Shown piece after piece: positions 55,435-64,000 of a DNA stretch of 64,000 nucleotides. This stretch comes from Klebsormidium nitens (taxonomy: Eukaryota > Plantae > Klebsormidiophyceae), in assembly GCA_000708835.1 (NCBI GenBank), contig DF237209.1, positions 1 to 64,000 on the forward strand. Reading direction: 5' to 3'. Each line of letters starts with the position of its first letter. The first letter of the stretch is position 1. The notes under the pieces were generated by a model that was not told where the DNA came from, did no database searches, and saw nothing but the letters and a program-made list of their open reading frames with translations. The translations under genes and the position numbers were made by a program.

Positions 55435-58400
55435 ATGGCGTCTCCAATCGAGCTGAGAGGTAGCGTGAGACAGGATTTGAAGAGTACGCAAAGACTGGAG
55501 AAAAGCTCAGCAAGGGTTTTCAAAGGAAGTCATTGGCCCACATTAGGGTTTGCAGGATGCAGACAGCTTGCTTCCGCAGAACGGCTTCCGAAACGCTCAA
55601 CTTTGGAGTGGTGCACTAGGACAAGCCATCATACGACCACTCATTTAGAATCTGATAAAGAAGGGAGGATCAAGGGGCCTCCTCTGCAAACTCCTCCTCA
55701 CCTGCAGAGCAGAGCAAAGCGAGGAACCGTCCAAGCTATGGCCACCTCCTTACAAAGTATTGGTTCGGAGACTGCCTGTAAATCAGATCAAACGGAGATA
55801 GCATTGATCCGCCCACTATTTGAAAGGCCGGCAGTGCATGAAGCGAATGTGGCGTCCATCCGCCATTTCAATGAGTGGGCCTGCGAAAAGGTTGCTGCGG
55901 TTGGGGACCGCTTCTCAGAAGAAGACAACGGGCCCACCTCCGGAGAACTGACGGTACGTGAATCCACAGAAAAACATCTTTAACTGGTTAAGCAGTCAGT
56001 ATCTGCTAGTCTGCCAGTCTAGGTAACTTTGAATCTTCTCAGAAGTCATAGACCAGTCTTGGTTAAGGTGCAGAAACGCTGCCTTAGGTTGTGGTCAACG
56101 TTCTAGCATTGCTCAGCTGCAAGTACAAAAACAGTACAACTTGCAGCTTGTCATGATTGTATTCAGTTCTCATCTAGTGACATCCTCCTTGACATCAGCC
56201 AGGACAGCAGATCATGACCAATCCCAGTCCATGTACAGTACAAAATCCTGTTCCCAACAACGGTGTTCAACCTGTGCAGCGAGAAGTAGACTGGCTCCTG
56301 GATGATGCTGTTGCTGCCATGGACACGGACGACGAGCCTAAGACTCCTGCCACCTGGAGAGCGCTCAGCCGGCGCATACGAGACGGCTCTGCCAAGGTCA
56401 GATATTGTCACAAGGTCTTATTACTCATCTCAAAGTACATTTTGCAAACATTCGCCATTATGTCGTCTGGGAGCCCGGAATGTGCTTCGGAGTAAACTTT
56501 TTGACCTGTAATTCCATCTTTCTTTGCTGCTTGGTTTGGGAAGAGTTATGAGGGGGTGGTCACTTGTGCTGGTCTTACAGAAGATAAAGCTCAGTCATCT
56601 TGTTACTTCCAAACAGCCCAATCACTCCGGTCACTCTCCGAGAGAGGCTTGTAAGTACGATTGGAAGGACACCTTTTTCCTTTCTTATTTGATGTCTCTT
56701 TTCCCAGAAGTTGGAAGTCCTCCTTCAAAGTCGCTTAAGCATCCTTGTCACTTCCTTCAGCAGGTTCTCAAGTCCTTCATACCTTCAGAACCGAGTCTTG
56801 CCGTCATTCCAAGGAGGCATATGCATCCGCCTTCTCTTTCAAAACCAAGGCTCACGGCTTCGGCAACAAGTGCCCCTCGACTAGATGATTCCCAAGTTGC
56901 TTTGGATGCAAAGTTTTGTCTTTCTATGGTGGCTTTTGTCGTCCTGTGGTTCAGTAGGACTCTCTGTAAACCTAATCGGCCAAGTCACCTAATTCCTTAA
57001 TCACTGAAGTTTCCATTATAGTTTCAGCGAGGGTTTTGTTTTGTGTCTTCCTGCAAGACCGCCGTCACGAATCCAGCGCCGTTGCGGGGTGTACGGCAGA
57101 CGCCCTTCCAGATTCTGAACCCTGTGAAAGCAGTCGACAACTCTGCATGACCTTGTACCACTCAAACGTTTTGCACAGAAAGAAATGCACTACAGGTCAA
57201 CAAGATTTTGAAATCTTATCGAGATTGTACGCGAGTGTAACTCCTTACAGTCTATTGTCAGTGTTCTGGAAACGGGAACCAGCCACTGTTCTCCCGCAAG
57301 CCACCTTGCTCGAATTGGGGCTCTGAATGCCTCGTGCCAGAGTATTGCATGCTGATCCAAATGCCTGATTGGGTCCGCTCAGATCAAACTTCTGCAAACA
57401 AGGTCTCGACTGTTGAAGGATTCAATCGACGCCATGCCCTCCAATTCGTGATTTCGAAGCAAAAACCTCAGGTAGATCGCCGCGATTTGGGACTGCCTGT
57501 GGCACGCAAACTATCATTTCCCGGCCGTTCATTGGCGTGGTCACCACTTTTGAGCCATTCCGGATCGTCGATGACTCCAAACCCGGTAAAAGCGGAGCAG
57601 AACCTTGTCCAAAGTAAAATCGGGCTAAACTGTGCAGACTGGAGGCACTCGGTGAAATTCAGCCAATGGGAAATGAAGACCCAGTGCGACAAAACGCGGC
57701 GATCTACCTGCCTTACCTCGTCTGACCATACGGATTTCTTGTTATCTGTGCGACCATCCCTTTAACTGCAGATCTCTTCGTCGGTCTTTTGCGGGCTAGC
57801 ATCAGCGGAACTAAAGCGGCTGTGGTCTACCCGCCTGGTCAGTGCATATGCCGTTTCCTTCACCCGATTCGATAGAAAAGGAAAGTCACAAAAAGTCCTC
57901 ATCGACTTGCAACTCACCTATCTTTTCCAACTGCAGCCGTCGACAACGATCTTTTTGAGGGCCAGCATCAGCGAACTAGAGCGGCTGTGGTCTTCGCGCC
58001 TGGAGCAGCGGGTTCCGTTCCAGTACCTCGTCGCGTCGGCGCACTGGCGGGACCTGGTGCTGGCGGTTCAGCCCGGAGTGCTCATTCCGCGCCCGGAAAC
58101 GGAACTGCTGGTGAGGCGTCGAATTGGATGGCACGAAACTCTACGAAGGCATATTCGCTCGGCTGAAGCAAGGCGTCAAAGCCCGAGCCAAGGTTTGGCG
58201 ACTGGTTCAGGTTCTGTACTTTGTGCTCGAACCGCGTCGGGAGGCGAAATTGCTGGCACCTCTTTGACTCGTTGAAGGCTCGATCTTGGAGAGCGTTTGG
58301 AGCAGTCGCTTGCGGACGAGACACGAAGCTTTTCCTTTTCTGGCATTTCAGATCAAGGCTGCGCTTCGATTGTGGCAGCTCGGCTCTCGGAGTCACAATC

Positions 58401-59540
58401 TCACGTTCCGTCAGTTGAGACGAATTTGAGTTGCAGAAATTTTCCTGCCGTATGCGGCTGCCCGTGTCAGATCCTACCACGCCCGCATAGACCCCAAGAG
58501 CGTTGCTACCATCTTCTAAATCTGATCATGAATCCAAGGCAGCTTCGACCTCCTCTGAAGTCGATAAGTGCGCTTCCTTGTGTGTGGTGTGGTCCTGCCA
58601 CCAGTCGAGTCTGACTGTTTTGGCCCTGTCGAGCGTCGCATCATAAGTTCCTTGCCAAATCCGCGACGCCTGTTTCTGCTGATTCCCCCGTTCGTTGTTC
58701 TTCCGAAATCTGGCAGCTCCCCTTTTCCAATTCGAAGCAGATTTCGAGCTGTCCGTTGGAAGCACTTCGCAAAAATATCACAGCCACAAAAGAGAATCGG
58801 GCAGCACAAATGGAGATTCTGCGTTACGTCAAACATTCAATCGAAAACAACATACGGTCTTGTTCTCTACAGTAGCAACCCTTGCTGTGGGAGTGTCGAG
58901 TCGCTGAGTTTGTTTCTATCGCAACGCTCAGGCTACGCACAAAACGAAAAGGCCCTGCTCCTTGCAGATTGACTTCGCCGAAGAGGCCCTAAAAGCCGAC
59001 CCCAGCCTCGGACAGGGCCCCTGGGCCGACCTCGGCACTGGGAGCGGCGCGCTCGCCATTGCACTCGCGCGCTCTTTCCCCGCGAGCGCGATTTATGCCG
59101 TCGACAAAAGCCCCACTGCAATCGCCGTTTCCCGTCACAACGTTCAGAGGTACGGGCTGCAGGCCAGGGTGCACGTCAGGCCTGGCAGCTGGTTTGAACC
59201 CCTAGCGGATGTCTCGGGAAGATACGCTGGGGTGCTCAGTAACCCGCCGTACATCCCGGCGGAGAACTTGGCGCGGCTGCAGAAAGAGGTGGGCGCGCAC
59301 GAGCCGCGGCTGGCGCTAGACGGCGGCGCGGGCGAGGGTTTGGAGGCTTTTGCCGCGATCTGCCGCGGCGCCGGGGGGGCGCTGCGGCCGGGGGGGTTTT
59401 TGGGGCTGGAAACGAATGGCTGGGGGCAGGCGGAGCGGGTCGCGAGCATGATCGAACGGTCGGGGGGCTTCGGGGAGGTGCGCGTGCGGCCGGACTTTGC
59501 CGGGGTGCAGCGGTTTGTGACGGCGAGGCGAGAAAACTGA
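55435..59540 (+). CDS. PRMC: HemK/PrmC release-factor glutamine methyltransferase (organellar), 4 exons
   Basis: join(55435..55953,56280..56396,57937..58110,58968..59540): VPFQYL..HWRDLVLAV.PGVLIPRPETE, WADLGTGSGALA, SNPPY, HEPRLALDGG. Start codon uncertain because there are earlier in-frame ATGs. Confidence 0.88.
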
Positions 59541-59856
59541 GGGGGCGAAGTCAGTAGTTGCCCTTTGAAAGCACTCGGCCCGGGGACGTTTCTCGAAAAC
59601 AGACAAGCGGAAGCGACCTCATAAGAAAGCCTAAGGACTGCGAGGCGAGCTGAGTCGACGGGCTCATCGGTGTTGTTCCAGAAGCGAGGAGTAGCGGAGG
59701 CAAAGCAAGGCGGATTGAGAATAGCGCAGTGACGTGGCCGTGCTTGTCGCATCCTGGGCCTGGTGATGTGAGCAACCGAACCAAAGGAAGCCCTGGCCAG
59801 CCCCAGAAACCATCCGGCGTTAGAAACTCGACGATCTCAAAAGCGCAGTTGTTTTC

Positions 59857-59937
59857 GTACCGGCGGCTGTGGTCGGGACAAGAGTACCGGCGGCTGCGGT
59901 CGGGACAAGAGTACCGGCGGCTGCGGTCGGGAAAAGT
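59857..59937. repeat. 27-bp tandem repeat x3
   Basis: GTACCGGCGGCTG(T/C)GGTCGGGACAAGA three times, last copy slightly diverged; downstream of the PrmC stop. Confidence 0.85.
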
Positions 59938-61787
59938 GGCGAGCACCAGCTGGAATGAGACCAAGCTCTGCCCGCTGCCCGTGGCGTCTTCAAGCGAAGG
60001 GCAGCCACGAACAGCCCGTAGCTGCAGCCTCCGTTTCGGATCGTTTTCGAAACGTCGAGGTGAGGAAGCCGTTCTCCTAATCCCTTCTGCTTCTGCATAT
60101 TGACTTTCAAGGTATCTATGCACATGTTGCGGGGCGTTGGCTAGCTGGTCCAATATATTGTAAGCGTCCGCGAGGACGCCGTGGGACGTGTCTCACATTA
60201 TCACATGCGTCCGAAGCCTCGGACTCCACTTCCAAGCTGCTTGCGAAAGCCACGTGGGCCAGTTCCACAAGAAGATTGGCTTCCTTGCTTCTTTGCTTCT
60301 TCAAAGATCACTTCACGGCATCCAGAGATCTTCGGCATGACGGCGTCTCTTGAAGAGCTTTGCTTCTTTCTGAAACGCAGCTATCGTTTTGCAGACTTGT
60401 CGTTGCCAGTGGAATTCCGAAGCAGCCTCGTGAATCCGACTCTGTCTATGTTATGTTGCTCAAGTTCGGCCGAAGCAAACTGATGTTTATGACGGTTCGA
60501 GGGGTCGAGACGTCAAGAAGCAACAGTTGCTGAGCTCTCGGTTTCCGTCCGAATCCATAAACAAGGTCTGATGCTCTGTAAGACGTGCTTGACGCCAGTC
60601 TGTGCTGCCGCAACCCGGTTGTGACCAAATTCCATGCCAGTGAGCCTGATACTTGTACAACATTTGCAAACACACGAGAGTTGAGCGGTGATCAATCTGA
60701 TCTGATAGGATATCCTCCAGATTATGTTTCGCCCGGCCGGCAAACCCCAGCTAGAGCCGGCGACTTCAACGTGGGGTCTAGCTTTAGGTTGTAAGAAGAG
60801 TCACTCTCTCACATAACGTCCGCGGTACATGTTCCAATCCGGAATGTGCACGGACGGGCACAGGCTGTGCATGACCGCGTTGGACGGTCGCTCTGACCAT
60901 GTCGATCGGTCGCTCTGACCATGCCGATCTGTGCACATTTATTAACTGCACCGCATGAGACAGGGCGGCAGGCTCTAGCTTGGGCATCATTCAGTGCGGG
61001 CCGCGTCCATGTTATGTGCCGCGAGCCTAGGGCCATGTTTATGTGGCGGATAAGTTGCATTGATGCAGATATTGGTCATGCAAGCTGATTTGACTTGATC
61101 AGATTGACTTACAGATCCCATTGGAATGTCGCCGAGCTATATACATTTGGCATGATGCAGTGCAATGCAGCTGGCCCCCGTCCCCGGCCGCCTATGGGCT
61201 ATGCATGCACATGTGCGCATCTGCTGGCATGCCTAGGATCAGCTAGATTGCAACAATTTGCATTCTGGATTGCGTGAGACGTTATACGCATGGTTGGCTG
61301 CCAGTTAAACATGGGCTGCACAGCGGCGCGCCGCATGTGCATGTATGAAGTACCAGGCTGCGTCACATGCAACTTAGCCTGATGCCATTAGTACAACTTC
61401 AATCCAGTAAGGATGATCACGGTACAGTGCGCGGTGGTGTCCTTAGGACCATTATGGATCAACAATTGGTGGTATAAGCATGCTTTAGTAGTTCCGCCCG
61501 CTGGATGCTTTCTTATCATGTATCTTAATTTGCGTCCAACCACGTTCTGCTTGCACTAGCCTGGCCTTTAAAGGCTGCTAGAGCTCTGCACCCACATTCC
61601 AAATGACTACCAATAATTGTGCCAGACTGTACACAAACAATGTAGAATCCTGGCCGAATCTATCTTAGAGTGGCCTGGCCATTAGCTGACCACAAAGTTG
61701 CGCGCTGCAAATTGTTAGAGCAAATTCAAGCCCCCCGTTTCAATGCTACCAATCCGAATACTTTCTATAAATCAACCTCGCAACACG

Positions 61788-63371
61788 TCAAGGATCAACG
61801 GGCTCCTTCGGTTGGAACCCGTCCCCAAGAGCTGCCTTTGACGGATCCTTGAGGAACTGGTTTTCTGCTGTTTCGCTGTGGTATATACAGTTAACTTCGG
61901 GCGACTTCCGAAGGTCGCCGACAAACCCAAACGTGTTCATGTTTTTCTTGCAGTCCTGCACCTCACCCCGTGTGACCAGCCCTCGACTTTCCAACACCTG
62001 CCAGTTGCTCTGCCTCAGGACACAGCCGGGCTTCACCTCCGCTTGAGACACGTACACGTTGAACCTGTACAGAGAATTGCCAGCCAAGACTGTCAGAATG
62101 TTGGCTTCTCGGCAAGAAACACGTGTCCCTCTTTCTGCACAAAAGAAGAATTGAACCAGGCAAAACATCGAGGCACTCCTTGAAGGGGAGCACAGGCCAG
62201 AACTCGACCTCCGATCTTTCGAAAACGTTCAGGCTTGAAGTAATGCTTCTTCCGACAGGGATACTTTCAATCCTGGGCTGTCCAAGGAGAATATGGACAA
62301 AAGTACAAGCCTTTGTCTTCAAGCCTTGCGTACTATGACTCAAACTAAACAGAAAGAAGAAGTTATTGCAAACACTCTCATTGATTGTGGGCAAGGGGCA
62401 CAAATGGGCAGCGAGATAAAGGGACAATACTGCTCCGTGCTTTATTGGCAATCGCTGGCTTTCCCCATGAAAGACAAATCATGCAAAGTCTTGATGGAAG
62501 TTTTCACAGCACCTTCCTGTCCCTCAAAGGTACTTATGGACTTGTATTAAAACAACAGCACACAATTGGCAAGTCACTCATTTATTGATGGCGCCAAAGA
62601 CTTCCCGGACTTCCACTCCAAACAACTGTAGGTTGCCTAAAATCCACCGCCCACACCAAAGCAAAATGCAAGGACTTACGGGTTGAATGACACGAACAAC
62701 CGCTGGTCAAGCACCAGCGCGCTCATCCCGTTGGCCAGGCAGATGTCCGGATTCGGCGTCTGCCTATCAATAACTTCTCTTGACGCCACGTTGTTTGGTT
62801 CGAGGTTGATCACACTGTCTAAAGCAATCCCCGCTGCAATCCCCAGAATGAACATGCCCCCAAGCAGATAGCGCGTGTAGGGACTTTTGAGAATCCAATT
62901 GTCCTGTGTCGCAATCTGCCGGACGCGAGGGGTCTTCGCCTGCCGGCCCCCGGAGGCCAGATAGTCTAGGTCGATGTCAGACCCTTCGGAGTCGCTATAG
63001 TCTTCAGGAAACTGTGGTTGATTGTTGTCAGGAGGGTAGTCTGGCGGCCGTCGCCTGAGCTCTGTCCGCCGTCGAGAGGGGGGCCCATTGGTGGCCATTA
63101 TTCTGAAACTCTTTTCTTTGTGGATATTTGACCTTCCTGCGTTAGTGTTACCCAATTCAACATTACAGAGAGGGGCTGCCAGCCAGCGTGGTTGACAGAG
63201 CCTTGAAGAGCCAAAGATCTGTCTAGGTTTAAATTGCCCTGCCCCCTCGACCTGGCAGCATTTGGTAAAACCACCAGGCTTTGAGCTGCTAGCAAGACGG
63301 GAAGAGGTGACGCGGGCTGCCTGCAAGGGCTGCCAGCCTATTGAGAAGGACTCGCAAACCGTGCGTTCCAT
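61788..63371 (-). CDS. Plastid single-pass membrane protein of cyanobacterial type (DUF3172-like), 2 exons, ~322 aa
   Basis: complement(join(61788..62064,62680..63371)): Ser/Arg-rich transit-like N-terminus, TM LLGGMFILGIAAGI, then NVASREVIDRQTPNPDIC..G.SA.VLDQRLFVSFNPFNVYVSQ.EVKPGCVLRQSNW..LE..CKKNMNTFGFVGDL. Family name recalled from motifs; unverified. Confidence 0.75.
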
Positions 63372-63920
63372 CTTGAGCAGGGACAACACAAATTTGCTCT
63401 CACTGTTGCTAATCAGCAATACAAGGAGTAGAGAAAAAATTATATCCCGAACTTGCCCCTGGGAAATGCAGTAGACTCCTCCGCTGAAGCCCAAAGACAA
63501 CTTTGGGAAAGTGTTCCTGCGCTGCTGCTCGCATACAACTGTCTTCCCCCTTTCCTAATAAAACCCAATGCAGTGGCGCTCTGGACAAGAACTTGGAACT
63601 CCGGAGGTAGAAGAGCAGAGACGGGGGATCTATGGGACGTCTAGAAAGAAAACGGTTCGTCAATGAGCTTGCGTTTCGGAGTCTAGTGATAACCCTCGGA
63701 AGACCGGTAATGCATCTAACCAGGTTTTTGAACCCGCTTCTGTGGAACATTTAATATTCCTTTTTGAAGCTCAATCAGCTTCGAAGTGTTGTCTTCATTC
63801 GGAAGAAAGTCGCCTAGGAAATTAGGTAGCTTGTCCACTAGCTCTGTCTGGGCGGGGCTGGTTGCTGCTCAGGCACTTTGCCCTCAGCGCTTCAACATTG
63901 CCTCCGCTTCTGCACCCGCC

Positions 63921-64000
63921 ATGGACGTTGCAAATGCCAGCCCCGATGGCAGCATGGTCGACGCGCCTCCGTCCATCATTCCAGCCGCGAAGAAGCCCCC
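63921..64000 (+). CDS. Probable 5' end of next gene (truncated by window edge), product unknown
   Basis: CCCGCCATGG strong Kozak-like context. MDVANASPDGSMVDAPPSIIPAAKKP is open to the window end and lies divergent to the DUF3172-like gene. Confidence 0.4.
   Translation, partial: MDVANASPDGSMVDAPPSIIPAAKKP

Noticed and set aside
59551-60153. 200-aa minus ORF and 124-aa plus ORF downstream of PrmC
   Set aside because: No recognisable homology or splice structure. The 27-bp repeat is stop-free in these frames and helps keep them open, so this is likely 3'UTR or intergenic.

Overview
Eukaryotic nuclear DNA from an intron-rich, GC-rich streptophyte alga. Klebsormidium-like is my inference from plant-type HsfB, PPD2 and LETM1 genes and from GT(A/G)AG donors with (C/T)AG acceptors. 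By reading splice sites and checking reading-frame phase by hand I reconstructed 13 complete spliced or single-exon genes: PPD2, a CREST-like membrane protein, HsfB, a 13-exon bacterial-type SxxK serine hydrolase, an intronless F-box/LRR gene, LETM1, CDPF1, DRAP1/NC2-alpha, ATP synthase OSCP, RLP24, RMND5/GID2, HemK/PrmC and a DUF3172-like plastid protein. There is also the probable start of a 14th gene, a MITE with 92-bp TIRs, a 144-bp poly(A)-tailed retro-insertion with a 19-bp TSD, several tandem repeats and a 912-bp N gap. The most interesting signals are: (1) an AmiE/PBP4B-like serine hydrolase with a long C-terminal tail, head-to-head with an intronless F-box gene whose LRR carries a 22-rung Trp ladder and a loop-out; (2) a hidden in-phase 350-codon alternative terminal exon inside a LETM1 intron; (3) decayed copies of exon edges, with their splice sites, in introns of three genes; (4) a 6-codon MWWCCW uORF just upstream of HsfB. 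All family assignments come from motif recognition, not database searches.
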